Shown here: piece after piece, positions 1 to 9,849 of the stretch | How the letters are laid out: the number at the start of each line of letters is the position of its first letter | How positions within the stretch are numbered: position 1 is the first letter of the stretch | Origin: a virus | DNA length: 64,000 bases | Direction: 5' to 3' (one strand) | IMG/VR virus record: IMGVR_UViG_3300033233_000027 | Location: 1 to 64,000 of that record | Program-made: the position numbers and the translations under genes | Notes under the pieces: generated by a model | The model's database searches: none | Told to the model about the DNA's origin: nothing | The model's input: only the letters and a program-made list of their open reading frames with translations

Positions 1-547
1 CGCCTTGTGATCCTTGGAAGCCCTGGTTTCCTTGGTTTCCCTGGTTCCCTTGCGGCCCTTGCTCTCCTTGTGGCCCCTGTTCGCCTTGTGGCCCCTGTTC
101 GCCTTGTGGTCCCTGGAAGCCTTGGTTGCCTTGGTTCCCCTGATTTCCCTGCGGCCCCTGAACGCCTTGTGATCCTTGGAAGCCCTGATTGCCTTGATTT
201 CCTTGCGGACCTTGAACTCCTTGGAAGCCTTGGTTCCCTTGCGGCCCTTGCTCTCCCTGTGGCCCTTGTTCGCCTTGTGGTCCCTGGAAGCCCTGGTTGC
301 CTTGATTCCCTTGTGGACCTTGGACTCCTTGGTTGCCTTGATTACCCTGCGGCCCCTGAACGCCTTGAGGGCCTTGCGGGCCAATTGGCCCACGACTACC
401 TCCACCTCCAACTCGGAACCCACCCCCACCGCCTGTGGGTTGCTGACATTCAATCACGTCCCTGAGTCTGGCGGCATCATCTGGAGCGGATGGAGCTCCA
501 AGGTTGTGGATCTGGGCCCCGCCCATGTTGATGTCTTGATCTGACAT
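1..547 (-). CDS. Collagen-like (Gly-X-Gln) fibre protein, runs off window start
   Basis: Not in ORF track. Hand translation from ATG 547: [28 protein letters not shown]...[36 protein letters not shown]; the [14 protein letters not shown]...DAA segment resembles trimeric fibre/adhesin neck motifs. Confidence 0.9.
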   Translation of the reverse strand, partial: MSDQDINMGGAQIHNLGAPSAPDDAARLRDVIECQQPTGGGGGFRVGGGGSRGPIGPQGPQGVQGPQGNQGNQGVQGPQGNQGNQGFQGPQGEQGPQGEQGPQGNQGFQGVQGPQGNQGNQGFQGSQGVQGPQGNQGNQGNQGFQGPQGEQGPQGEQGPQGEQGPQGNQGNQGNQGFQGSQG

Positions 548-554
548 CGCAGAC

Positions 555-1091
555 TTATCCGGCGAGGAGAGCCAATAGCAGAATCAACCCACCGAACCCA
601 AGCAATACAAATGTCGAGTCTGTCGGAGTTGCTCCAAGACTACCAGTGCCGCCCATTACACTGTTCGCATTTGATGACTTCTGCGCAGAACCCAGATGCG
701 ATCCCTTACGGCGGTCGGAATCTGAAAGGAGCAATTCAAGTCGGATCACCGTATCCATTCCATCTGGGCTGATCTCAGATTTGCGTCCCTCCGATGTGGA
801 GCGTTGAAGTTCGCTTGCAACTCTGTCGAGCTTCCCAGAATCCAGAATTGATCCGACCTCAATCCCGATCGTCTCGACTCCTACCGCGCCTGCCTCGTCT
901 CTATACTCATCTACGAACTTCACGAGAGACTGAGCTCGAGTGCGCATAGAAGCCAAGCTCTGGCTCATCCTAGAGGCTGCGGGGTTATCAAGAGAGGCGA
1001 ATTGAGGCTGTGGGATGATGGCAGCAGGTAGCCCACTAGGCCGTAACGAAAATTTAAGCTGGCCGGCTGGGCAGATACTCCCCTTATTCAC
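555..1091 (-). CDS. Tail-anchored membrane protein (putative virion protein)
   Basis: C-terminal hydrophobic [18 protein letters not shown]; GGGGGA SD upstream of GTG. Confidence 0.75.
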   Translation of the reverse strand: MNKGSICPAGQLKFSLRPSGLPAAIIPQPQFASLDNPAASRMSQSLASMRTRAQSLVKFVDEYRDEAGAVGVETIGIEVGSILDSGKLDRVASELQRSTSEGRKSEISPDGMDTVIRLELLLSDSDRRKGSHLGSAQKSSNANSVMGGTGSLGATPTDSTFVLLGFGGLILLLALLAG

Positions 1092-1142
1092 GATCCCCCT
1101 CTGGTTCCACGGGCTGCGCTGAGATCCTCTTCCAGCACCTTC

Positions 1143-1170
1143 AGTCTACAGAATTTCCTCAATTTCGCAA
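1143..1170 (-). promoter_or_regulatory. Putative sigma70 promoter
   Basis: TTGCGA-N16-TAGACT upstream of 555..1091. Confidence 0.4.
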
Positions 1171-1205
1171 GATTGGCGTTCAGTCACCATGCAGCACATT
1201 CGCGG

Positions 1206-1499
1206 CTAGTAGTTATTCGCAGACTTGGAACTCACGAACTGCTCCATGGTCTGGGTTGCCTTATCCTCGTGCTCCTGAGCCTTGGCAAGCATCGCCAATC
1301 CAAGCTGCCTATACTCTGAAGCTACGCCCCTGTGTATCTGGGCGATTCTGATGAAAGTTTCAGCCGCATCCATTACTTTCGTTTCTATGTCTTCCTGCTT
1401 ACCCACCGTAGCCTCCTTTTCTTTTTCACCTGAGAACGCTTCTTGGAGTGCCTGTTTGGCACGCCAGAATAGTCCCTCAGCAGTTCTGTTGAAATCCAT
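1206..1499 (-). CDS. Hypothetical helical protein
   Basis: Probable start MDFNRTAEG (ATG 1499) avoids overlap with upstream gene. Confidence 0.6.
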   Translation of the reverse strand: MDFNRTAEGLFWRAKQALQEAFSGEKEKEATVGKQEDIETKVMDAAETFIRIAQIHRGVASEYRQLGLAMLAKAQEHEDKATQTMEQFVSSKSANNY

Positions 1500-1512
1500 C
1501 CGTTCACACCGA

Positions 1513-2565
1513 TTAGTCAGGGATGTATTCAAACGAGCCCGTCCAATTGATGTCATCCCCAGCCGTCGAAGCTGAGGTGTCGACCTGGACGCTGAATCCA
1601 TCTCCGACAGCCGCAGAAACTCCGATGGTGGCGAGCAGGGAGTCGATGGATTGCAAGCCCGTCGTCGCCGCTGCGAACGTAAGGGTTAGGGGAGTGGCCG
1701 CCCCATCCGCAAGAACGGTGAAGATCGTATCGTTGTCCGTAGTGTTGCTCGTCACGAGGATGACGAGCCTCCGCAGCTTTCCAGCCTGCGCGACTGGAAT
1801 TCTCGCCAAGGGATTCGGAAACGATGGGCTGTTGTGTATATCCGTGCCGGGATTGATTTCGCGTACCTCAGCTGATGCTGTATTTGCCGCATCTGGAGCG
1901 GCGAGCGAGTAGAGCGTACCGCCGCTCTCGCACCCACTAGGACTGAACAGAGAAGACATATCGATGCTTTGCACGTTTCCCGATGTAGCATCGGTCGTGT
2001 CCATGACAAAGCTGATTTGGTCGTTGGCGGCAAAAGCTACATCCGTGGCGAGCGACATGGCGCCATCCGTTCCCGCAGGGTATGTTAGGGTTAGTGCTGT
2101 AGCCACTCCATTCTTGAAAACCGTGACAACAAAATCACCATCCAAGGTGTTTTGGCCAGTCTGGATGAAGGTTCGAAAGTCTTTGGCCGTTCCAACTGGA
2201 AGCGGAATCCGAGTCGATGGAGTTGGGAATGTTTGAAGCGACCCGTTGTCCTGAAGAGTTCCCTCAAATACTCCACCCGAAGTAACCGAAGATTCGAATA
2301 CAGTGAACGGGATGATCCCTCCGCATCCGCCCCCGCCCCCACCACCACCAGTTCCTGCTGGCCCCTGCACCCCTTGAGTACCAGATGAGCCCTGTGGGCC
2401 AGAGGATCCTCGCCCACCACCGCCAAGCCTGAAGCCCCCACCTGAGACTGGCTGCGGCTGGCAAAGGGCTGCGAGTTCGCACATGGCCTGGACTGATTCC
2501 TCGTTTGGATTCAGCAACCTTCCATCGCTAAGTTCGATGAAGCCATCAGGTCGCCTACGGGCCAT
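1513..2565 (-). CDS. Fibre/spike protein: short collagen segment plus two beta-rich head domains
   Basis: GGGFRLGGGGRG then GPQGSSGTQGVQGP; first head domain clearly paralogous to C-terminus of 63282..64000 (DFVVTVF.NGVATALT.TYPAGTDG). Confidence 0.85.
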   Translation of the reverse strand: MARRRPDGFIELSDGRLLNPNEESVQAMCELAALCQPQPVSGGGFRLGGGGRGSSGPQGSSGTQGVQGPAGTGGGGGGGGCGGIIPFTVFESSVTSGGVFEGTLQDNGSLQTFPTPSTRIPLPVGTAKDFRTFIQTGQNTLDGDFVVTVFKNGVATALTLTYPAGTDGAMSLATDVAFAANDQISFVMDTTDATSGNVQSIDMSSLFSPSGCESGGTLYSLAAPDAANTASAEVREINPGTDIHNSPSFPNPLARIPVAQAGKLRRLVILVTSNTTDNDTIFTVLADGAATPLTLTFAAATTGLQSIDSLLATIGVSAAVGDGFSVQVDTSASTAGDDINWTGSFEYIPD

Positions 2566-2632
2566 GAAGCCTTCCTCTCTCTTGTAATAAGTAGGTCAAT
2601 ATTCAGATTGTCACCAACTTCACAATATGCCG

Positions 2633-2968
2633 TTATGAGAAAGCGACCCAATAGTAGTCTTGGCCAGTGGTGTTTACGTCTGCCGATCCAACAACGCCGT
2701 CCACCGTGAAATCGGAGCCGCTGAGTGTAACTCCAGTGCGGAACACTCCACTATTGGCTTCTAATACGGCATCCCCAGCCATATCAATCTGTTTGATGTA
2801 CTCTGGATTGTTGGGGGATGGCTGTATCCGCACATACCTGACCTGACCAGAAAGCCCAGTGACAATTGTACGGAGCGTGTCGTCCCCGCTGTACACTCCC
2901 GTCTTTGTAAATGCCCCACCTCCACCGCCACCGCCACTGGATCCCAAAGGCTGAATCAGATCTCCCAC
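2633..2968 (-). CDS. Small beta-rich fibre-associated protein
   Basis: Gly tract then GVYSGD...TGLSGQVRYVRI...NTTGQDYYWVAF, a pattern seen in phage fibre domains. Confidence 0.7.
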   Translation of the reverse strand: MGDLIQPLGSSGGGGGGGAFTKTGVYSGDDTLRTIVTGLSGQVRYVRIQPSPNNPEYIKQIDMAGDAVLEANSGVFRTGVTLSGSDFTVDGVVGSADVNTTGQDYYWVAFS

Positions 2969-3102
2969 AATTCCACCTCTTACATTTTTCCTACTATCAA
3001 ATACATAACCTACTTGGCTCTCTACTATAGGAAGAAACTCAGACTTCGATGGCGATTACCAATGGAGTCTTGAGATTCACTATTATGCCACGAGTCTACT
3101 TC

Positions 3103-3492
3103 CTACGAGTTCCCCCCAGTGACTCCAAGCATAGAGACAGCCACTAACGCTGCTCCACCTGGGGTTTCGACCAGAACGCGCACCGCAACCGAAGGACCGC
3201 CCTTTATAACCAGGGGAGATCCGAGATCGATTCCTCCAGAATTCCCAGATGCACCAACGATTGAGTTGAACTCGGTTACGAATCCAGAGCCACGATTTAT
3301 CTGTACCTGGAATATGGCTTCTTGCCTAGAAGAGCAGACAATGTCGGTGATCTGCATTTTCTGTGGTCTAGGAATCAAGATGGAAGGCGCTGGGGCTCCC
3401 CCGTTCAATCCTATATTGAGCGTTTCTTCTGCTGCGCCAGCGGTCGTTTGACGGCCAGCAATCGCCACATCTGGAAGATTCTCAACTGACAT
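3103..3492 (-). CDS. Beta-rich (jelly-roll-like) putative structural protein
   Basis: 129 aa with alternating hydrophobic strands; strong SD AGGAGG. Confidence 0.7.
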   Translation of the reverse strand: MSVENLPDVAIAGRQTTAGAAEETLNIGLNGGAPAPSILIPRPQKMQITDIVCSSRQEAIFQVQINRGSGFVTEFNSIVGASGNSGGIDLGSPLVIKGGPSVAVRVLVETPGGAALVAVSMLGVTGGNS

Positions 3493-3636
3493 ACGGTCCT
3501 CCTATGATGAATTGAAACAAGTCTTCATTTAACGGCACAGATTTAATCCTATCGTCTGTTTGGAATAAATCCACCACATTTACTGTATTTTTATAAGTCG
3601 GTTATTCACGATTCCAGCATTTCGTGACTTGGCATT

Positions 3637-4194
3637 CTACCTATGGATCAGTTCGGAACGATAGCGTTCCTCAACTTCCTGACGATCAAATACTATAGGA
3701 TCTGGGTCTAACTCGTGAAGACCGTAATAGGAACCGATGGCTTCATAGGCCCGTGCCCGAACCAACGGATCTGCCGATGTGAAGGCGAGTTCTAATTCTG
3801 CAAGATCAGTATCTACTGCCGCAGTTCGAGCAACAGAATCCAATTCTTCATGGAACCAAGCGTCATAGCGATCAACTGGATGTGGCCAGCTTGAGTCATA
3901 GTTGATCGGTACGAGCCATCCATCTACCAGCTTCAGGCGGTCTAGGAGAAAACGATATACAATGTATCCGTTTTCTGGTTCGTCTGGGTCGTTTATAAGG
4001 AGCGCCTCACCTTCTTCTGGATAAACGCCGGTTGCATCTTGATAGATGAAATACCCTCCGTATTCCAACGGATTCCGATCACCGAGATTAGCGATGAATT
4101 GCCAGTCTGGCTGGCGCGTCCTAGGGATGGGGTGGGAGGTAACATCCCTTTCTGGCCTACCTCCTCTAGGATACCAACTCATCTCTCCAGCCAT
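3637..4194 (-). CDS. Acidic hypothetical protein, MAGEMSWYP N-terminus
   Basis: 185-aa ORF carrying the shared N-terminal tag. Confidence 0.85.
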   Translation of the reverse strand: MAGEMSWYPRGGRPERDVTSHPIPRTRQPDWQFIANLGDRNPLEYGGYFIYQDATGVYPEEGEALLINDPDEPENGYIVYRFLLDRLKLVDGWLVPINYDSSWPHPVDRYDAWFHEELDSVARTAAVDTDLAELELAFTSADPLVRARAYEAIGSYYGLHELDPDPIVFDRQEVEERYRSELIHR

Positions 4195-4227
4195 AGTCGC
4201 CTTTCACGTCTTCTACGACCTAGTCAT

Positions 4228-4410
4228 TCAGTTCATGATCGCGCCTAGCCAGTATACGGGATCATGCTCTTCTGGATCAAAGGTCCAGAGATGCCAGACC
4301 TCCATCCCGAAGTTGGACCACATCCTATCATCGGCTTCTCCGCACTTCTTACAAAACGGATCCTCAATCTGATCTGGATGAACTTCGCATCTGGGCCACT
4401 TGTTCGTCAT
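4228..4410 (-). CDS. Small Zn-finger-like protein
   Basis: MTNKWPRCEVHP...FCKKCG with SD AGGAGG. Confidence 0.6.
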   Translation of the reverse strand: MTNKWPRCEVHPDQIEDPFCKKCGEADDRMWSNFGMEVWHLWTFDPEEHDPVYWLGAIMN

Positions 4411-4637
4411 TAGGCCTCCTTCCACTACCCTCTCTACCGAAGGAAGGAGCCGAGTGCTGGATGGAAAAGCGAGAGCGGGCCCAGGAAGTTGTGTTGTAGG
4501 GGAAGGGCAAAACCACAACTGGCCTAGGCCCGTTCCTCACTTGGCCCGTTCCGCTTGCCCACGGACGGGAATTTTGCTCATCGTTCATCTTGTCGTCAAT
4601 CTGCCCTATTGCGCCATCACGTCACTAATCCTACGAT

Positions 4638-4907
4638 TTACGCCTGCTCCTCAGCCCACTTCAGCAATCCGCGGTACTCCTGGTACGTCGTGGCGAATCT
4701 CGCACCGCCAAGAAGTCCTGGATACTTCCCCTCGAAGCCCCGCCTTCCAGTGTAGCCCTCGTCGATCGCATCCATCACGGAGCCAGTGTCATCAAAGACA
4801 ACGAAGACCCTTCTTGGGTTTCCGTTCGGATCATGCGGTGCGGAGAGGCTGATGTAGAAGACCGCCACCCTTTCCTGTCTCGGTGCCCAGTTCATTTCCC
4901 CAGCCAT
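4638..4907 (-). CDS. Hypothetical protein, MAGEMNWAP N-terminus
   Basis: Start reassigned to ATG 4907 (SD AGGTGA); DPNGNPRRVFVV...IDEGYTG motif. Confidence 0.85.
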   Translation of the reverse strand: MAGEMNWAPRQERVAVFYISLSAPHDPNGNPRRVFVVFDDTGSVMDAIDEGYTGRRGFEGKYPGLLGGARFATTYQEYRGLLKWAEEQA

Positions 4908-4939
4908 CACTTCACCTTTCCTGTGAATCACGCCATCGC

Positions 4940-5176
4940 TCAATAGTTTTCCCAGTAAACGTGCGTGAGGAACGCATCAATATCTTCGTCGTTTTTGATC
5001 GATCCGAATACAGCCTCAGCTTCTTCCTGATCTTCGGTCTCGAAAGTAGCCTCGAATGGCTCACCACCGTACGGATCAGTTCTGTGGATCTTCAAGATCC
5101 ACAGGCCATCGTCTTCTTTCAGGTCGAGCTTCACCAGCCCAACCATTCGGCTCCGTGCCTTCGAAGTCATGCGCAC
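4940..5176 (-). CDS. Acidic hypothetical protein
   Basis: Fills the gap in a co-oriented run. Confidence 0.6.
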   Translation of the reverse strand: MRMTSKARSRMVGLVKLDLKEDDGLWILKIHRTDPYGGEPFEATFETEDQEEAEAVFGSIKNDEDIDAFLTHVYWENY

Positions 5177-5186
5177 ATCCTATAAA

Positions 5187-5477
5187 TCACGATGTCCGAC
5201 AACCGAATGGCTTGAATTCCTGCGCCGCAAATTCGACATTTGCGCAGGGTTCACTACAGAATTCGTGATCCCAGCAGTTTACAAATCCCCTGCGTAAGAT
5301 CGGCTTGTCTGGAAGCGGACGTCTGCATTCGTAGCACACCCCATATGTGGCACCCTTAATACAGGACAACGCTAATGCCCAAACTGCCAGCTGGAACTCC
5401 ATCCACTTTTCTTGTGGAAGAAATGGTGCCCATGTTTTGCAGAACCGTTCTACGTCGTCTTTTGATTTGCGACTCAT
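5187..5477 (-). CDS. Protein with C-terminal CxxC...FCSxxC zinc finger
   Basis: Start MSRKSKDD with SD AGGAG; CYECRRPLPDKP...HEFCSEPCANVE. Confidence 0.7.
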   Translation of the reverse strand: MSRKSKDDVERFCKTWAPFLPQEKWMEFQLAVWALALSCIKGATYGVCYECRRPLPDKPILRRGFVNCWDHEFCSEPCANVEFAAQEFKPFGCRTS

Positions 5478-5496
5478 GCTGTTCAGCTCCTGTAAT

Positions 5497-5670
5497 TCAC
5501 GAAGGAATACGGACGTTTGGATTGAAATACTTCCACCCATACTCCACGTTCGCACAACGCGTACTACAGAAGTCGTGCGTCCATTCGTGAATGACGCTGC
5601 GACGTATTACTGGCTTTTTGGGAAGCGGGCCACGGCATTCATGGCAACTGTTTTTTTTGCGGCTCGGCAT
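5497..5670 (-). CDS. 57-aa zinc-finger protein, paralogue of the adjacent gene's C-terminus
   Basis: Not in ORF track: MPSRKKNSCHECRGPLPKKPVIRRSVIHEWTHDFCSTRCANVEYGWKYFNPNVRIPS; SD GAGGGG. Confidence 0.75.
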   Translation of the reverse strand: MPSRKKNSCHECRGPLPKKPVIRRSVIHEWTHDFCSTRCANVEYGWKYFNPNVRIPS

Positions 5671-5701
5671 ATCCCCTCTTCACATTTCGTTTCTTTCGCG
5701 A

Positions 5702-6109
5702 CTAGAATCTCTCGACCCACCTAGCCTTGCTAAACGGCGGTAGTGCAACTCCAATCTTCTTCAGGATTTCTGTGAGCTGACTGTACTCTTCGTCTGCGAT
5801 GGACTTTAGGTATTCTCGGTCAGAGTCGGACTCAATACCGTACAGCCCTCCGCTCCTAACCGTCTGTTCCACCTAGTTGACCTCAAAATCTGCCTCAGCC
5901 CACAAGCCGATCATGTGCCAGTCGGAGCCATACGAATCCAGTCTTTCGCGATCTTCTTTTCGGTAGCGAGCAGCCTCTTGTCTTGAAACCCCCTCATAGC
6001 GGCCCTCATCTTCAAGGAAGGACAGATCTGGATCATCGTCTGTATCCTCTACGATTCGTAGGCTGTATGCCTTAATCCTTCCTGGGCCCCAACTCAGCTC
6101 TCCAGCCAT
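5702..6109 (-). pseudogene. MAGELSWGP-tagged acidic protein interrupted by a single in-frame TAG (5873-5875)
   Basis: Frame continues after the stop: AEADFEVN*VEQTVRSGGLYGIESDSDREYLKSIADEEYSQLTEILKKIG to TAG at 5702. Confidence 0.65.
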
Positions 6110-6121
6110 CTGTTTGTCTCC

Positions 6122-6457
6122 CTACCTTACGCGCTCAAGTTCGGAGGCGAGAGTATCCAGAGCAGAACTAAGAGTATCCTTTGATCCACTCCCAGACAGT
6201 TTTGCCTGGCCGTGCCCGTTACTTGTTTTGCTGCGGGCCGTTCTGATTCGAAAGAGAATGGCGTCGTGGATTTCTACGAATGCCTGCTGATCTTCTTCAG
6301 TTGGGTCAACCTCACCCGCATTCAGCATTCCACGAAACGCATCTATTAGGGCACTAGCCTGAGCGTATCGCATCCCAGCCATGTAGTAAAAGCCGATGCG
6401 TTCTGAATTCGCTCCAGCCTCCAAGCATTCGCTCGCCTTCACTAACAATGAGTGCAT
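6122..6457 (-). CDS. Hypothetical protein
   Basis: ATG with SD GGAGAG. Confidence 0.65.
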   Translation of the reverse strand: MHSLLVKASECLEAGANSERIGFYYMAGMRYAQASALIDAFRGMLNAGEVDPTEEDQQAFVEIHDAILFRIRTARSKTSNGHGQAKLSGSGSKDTLSSALDTLASELERVR

Positions 6458-6522
6458 CGCTTCTCTCCATTCACATTTCTGTCGTTTCGGACTTCACAAA
6501 ATCGTCCTTTCATGACAAAGAA

Positions 6523-9237
6523 TCAATGATGGATACCACCACCACCACCGCCGCCAACTGCCCTACGGCCACACGATAGCCTAGTCCCATTCGTGAGGCC
6601 ATGCTGGCATAGTTTAGAAGGACCTGGTTGGATAGAAACCAACCGAAGAGGTTCAATCTCAATCGGGACTAGAGGAGGAGTCGGCCCAGGAGGAAGCGAA
6701 GGTGGCTTCACTGGTAGACGCTGTGGAATGCGTTTGATGATCCCGTTTGCCTTATCAATGAGCTTTCGTATCCCGCGGTTGATGATCGCAATAAGGAGAT
6801 CTCTCCATTCACGATATCCAGCCTCGTCACGATATGGAATGGCAAGAACGATCTTCTTGTATTCCTCTGTAGGAGCAAATGGCAGCGCATTATCAGACAA
6901 CTTCTTGTCTTCTGCCTCAATCTTTTTGCTCGGCTTGGAAGGAGCCTCTGCGGGTTCATTCCAATTGGACAGAATGAACTCAATCAGCATACTCGTACCA
7001 GTCTTCTCACCTTCAATCCGTACGTTTGGTTTAGACAACCAATCAAGGAGCGTTTCGTAGGATGGAAGGGTGCTCCCCTTTTTTGGATTCCTAAAGACTT
7101 CCGTAGCTTTGTTCCATAGTGCTACGGTTGTAAGAAGAGCAAGTTCTTCTTTTGTCGGCTTCTCACCACCTGATGGCGTTGGAGCTGGTGCTGGGGGAGG
7201 GGTTGGGCTTGGGGGTGACGGAGGAAAAGCCTCTGCCGCAGCACGAAGGGCAGATCCGCCTTCTCCTCTTCTCTTCCTTTCAACCGCCCACGCCATGTCT
7301 TTGAGCAATTCACGGAATCTCTTCACGTATTCAGTGAAACTAATTTTATTCATAGCGTCGAGCAGAGTCATTAGCAAATCATGGAATGCACCGGTTAGCT
7401 CAGTCCACATACCACCAAAAAACAAACCCTTCTCTAGTAGTTGTTCCCTATATTCATTGTACTGAGAATATAGGGCGTCCCTGACCATTACCTCATACGG
7501 ATAAATCTCATCCATGAAGGATATATCCATACCGTTCTTCGCAAATTCCATCTTCGCGGCAAGCAGGGCTCTATACGGCGTAGGCACTACTGCTAGGATT
7601 TCGGTTGCCTCTTCCCACCAATATGGAAGATGTCCCGTTGGAGGAGTCGGGCTTGGGAGCATAGGTATAGGACTTGTCATTAATTCTTGAGCTCGCCGAA
7701 TGTGTTCTTTTGCCCACCTTATCCGATATTCAACATTTTCTGGGCGTACTCCATTAGCTATTAGCTGTTCTGCTTCAAGAATATACTGCTGCGCTAGACT
7801 CAGCCACTCAGAAGGCGTGTAAGGTTTGACGGGCGTGCCCTGGAACAAAGGGGCCCATGTAGTAGTTTCTTTATTGGTGTACAACATCCTTGGAAAGCGG
7901 GGGGTCCGGTTTACGGTTTTGCCTATTGGGGCCAGAGCAAACGGTTGCACAAGAAAAGCTACGGGCCCCTCAAACGGCATATCTCCGCATCGTTCACCTT
8001 TGGAACGATCACATGGGACAGGCTTGGGAAGGCTTTCAACAATCCCCTTCGCCTTCGCGAGGAGTTCCTCCACGTCCTGATGGCCGCTTGTTGGACTCAC
8101 TGTAGTAAAGATCACTGAGTCGTCGATTCCAACAAATTCACGCACGGGCGCGGGCGGCTTAGGAGCAAACAGCCTAGGCCATGGGCGTTGATTCAGCACA
8201 GTGCCGGTTGGCGCAATTCTTACTGGCCCAAGCTCTGTTTCACTTACTGACGTAACTGTTAGGGAGCCGGGTTGGAAATGTACCGGAGCGGGAGGTTTTG
8301 GTATTCCTTCAGCTGATGGAGGCGGCAGTATTGAAGATGGCTGCCGATACGGCTCGCGGGTTGGTTGTATGGTTGGTTGGATTCTCTGTTGGATTCTTGG
8401 TTTGATTGGGTGCGTTCTTTCTTCAAATTCAGTACGACGGAATCCAAGGAAGTTATATGCGAACGAATCCAGCTGCTCCGCGATACCCATTAGCAGTATC
8501 CACGATGGTTCGTTCTGTTCTTTCAACGCAAGGCTTCTGGTCAAATCGGACGTGATGGCAAATAGATCACTTGCCTTTCTCATGGCTTCCTTGTCAGCCA
8601 TCAACTCTGGATTCTCTGCCAGATGAAGAAGATAAGCTGCGTTAGCTAGGAAGTTTGCCGCCAGTGATTCTATATCCTCTCGATTACTCACCTCCTGTGT
8701 ACGCAACCAGTGATAGAGCTTTGCAGCTTCCACTTCCAGCTTTTCTGAGGCTTTGGTAAACGCGTTTGATTGAGAGGAAACCAGAGGCAAGGAAATAAGC
8801 TCAATTGGAACTGGCGATGGATGCGGAGTCGGGCTTGGGGGCATTTGAATTGGGCGGGGGGCCTTCTGCAAGCTCCGATATGGATTCCCCCTCTCCGTAA
8901 CTTCCTGTAGTATTCCAGGCGGTATATCTTTTAATTCTAATGCATCTAGTACGATTGGCAAATCGTATAAAGCTATAGGTACGGCAATCGGATGTGGGGC
9001 CGTTTGCTTAATCTGTACACGAGGAGGCACTCCTCGACCCTGATAGGCAGACTCAAGCTGCAAAGGGCGACGGTTGAGTATGGCCTTTGCATCCTGGATA
9101 AGTTCTTTTACGGTATTCTGCTGGCCAGCAGTAGGGCAGACAACAACGCATGAACCTATTGCGGGCCCATCAACTCCACTTGAGATGCTTGAAGCAGCAG
9201 TGGCCCCGATACGTTTTCCGGTAAAGTGTTTGGCCAT
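6523..9237 (-). CDS. 904-aa Pro-rich protein with internal repeats
   Basis: Long ORF; PSPTP tracts and recurring helical motif; SD GGGGA. Confidence 0.9.
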   Translation of the reverse strand: MAKHFTGKRIGATAASSISSGVDGPAIGSCVVVCPTAGQQNTVKELIQDAKAILNRRPLQLESAYQGRGVPPRVQIKQTAPHPIAVPIALYDLPIVLDALELKDIPPGILQEVTERGNPYRSLQKAPRPIQMPPSPTPHPSPVPIELISLPLVSSQSNAFTKASEKLEVEAAKLYHWLRTQEVSNREDIESLAANFLANAAYLLHLAENPELMADKEAMRKASDLFAITSDLTRSLALKEQNEPSWILLMGIAEQLDSFAYNFLGFRRTEFEERTHPIKPRIQQRIQPTIQPTREPYRQPSSILPPPSAEGIPKPPAPVHFQPGSLTVTSVSETELGPVRIAPTGTVLNQRPWPRLFAPKPPAPVREFVGIDDSVIFTTVSPTSGHQDVEELLAKAKGIVESLPKPVPCDRSKGERCGDMPFEGPVAFLVQPFALAPIGKTVNRTPRFPRMLYTNKETTTWAPLFQGTPVKPYTPSEWLSLAQQYILEAEQLIANGVRPENVEYRIRWAKEHIRRAQELMTSPIPMLPSPTPPTGHLPYWWEEATEILAVVPTPYRALLAAKMEFAKNGMDISFMDEIYPYEVMVRDALYSQYNEYREQLLEKGLFFGGMWTELTGAFHDLLMTLLDAMNKISFTEYVKRFRELLKDMAWAVERKRRGEGGSALRAAAEAFPPSPPSPTPPPAPAPTPSGGEKPTKEELALLTTVALWNKATEVFRNPKKGSTLPSYETLLDWLSKPNVRIEGEKTGTSMLIEFILSNWNEPAEAPSKPSKKIEAEDKKLSDNALPFAPTEEYKKIVLAIPYRDEAGYREWRDLLIAIINRGIRKLIDKANGIIKRIPQRLPVKPPSLPPGPTPPLVPIEIEPLRLVSIQPGPSKLCQHGLTNGTRLSCGRRAVGGGGGGGIHH

Positions 9238-9284
9238 CTTCTCTTCCCCCTATTTCCTGTAGTCACATTTTGTTCGTAAGACGA

Positions 9285-9605
9285 CTAATCTCCTCTGTCT
9301 GCCTCTTCAACGGTCACATTCTCTTCGTCATGACCGCTCTCAGAAACATACTCCTGCCAAGATTCGTACGCATCTCTCAATACGTCAATGTCGGCCTTTG
9401 GATTCTTGGCGTCCTTGAGCCGTACTGCTGTATCATTCAGGAGTTCGAGCAGTTCATCGCCTTCTTCCCACTCAAGCCCCTCACGTTCATCCTTATGGAG
9501 AGTCTCAATCAGGCGCAATGCCTCCAGTAGGGCATTCTTTTCGCTCTTGAAAACAGCGTGGCTGTCTTCTCGGGCAGGGTTGTTGTACGTCACTATCCAT
9601 GCCAT
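9285..9605 (-). CDS. Acidic hypothetical protein
   Basis: Start MAWIVTY with SD GAGGGAG. Confidence 0.7.
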   Translation of the reverse strand: MAWIVTYNNPAREDSHAVFKSEKNALLEALRLIETLHKDEREGLEWEEGDELLELLNDTAVRLKDAKNPKADIDVLRDAYESWQEYVSESGHDEENVTVEEADRGD

Positions 9606-9849
9606 AGTCTCTCCCTCTCTTACTTGCGCATTTCTATCATATTGCGCAGCGCACTTTAGTTCTTTTACGCCACCAATTTGATCTTGATAGTCCACGTTCT
9701 AACTCTTGACGAGAACGATTTGGTAAATTGCCTCGCATCATACAGTCTTTCAAATAGACCATAAAAATCTGCCTCATCAAGAGTCTTCCCAATCGCTACG
9801 ATATACATCGGATTCTCCTTTATTCCAAAACGATCATAGTATTCATCGT

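Noticed and set aside
7-544. Plus-strand ORFs 7..465 and 176..544, and similar ORFs at 62643-63970
   Set aside because: Shadow frames of Gly-X-Gln collagen repeats; the real genes are the minus-strand collagen frames.
2990-3000. 11-bp match TTGATAGTAGG (minus strand) to the 58859 promoter -35 region
   Set aside because: No -10 at proper spacing; a single 11-mer match is plausible by chance.
5873-5875. Genome-wide TAG reassignment
   Set aside because: TAG terminates many tightly packed genes with sensible ends (for example 3103, 3637, 42434, 60437), long genes are uninterrupted, and no CUA tRNA is seen.
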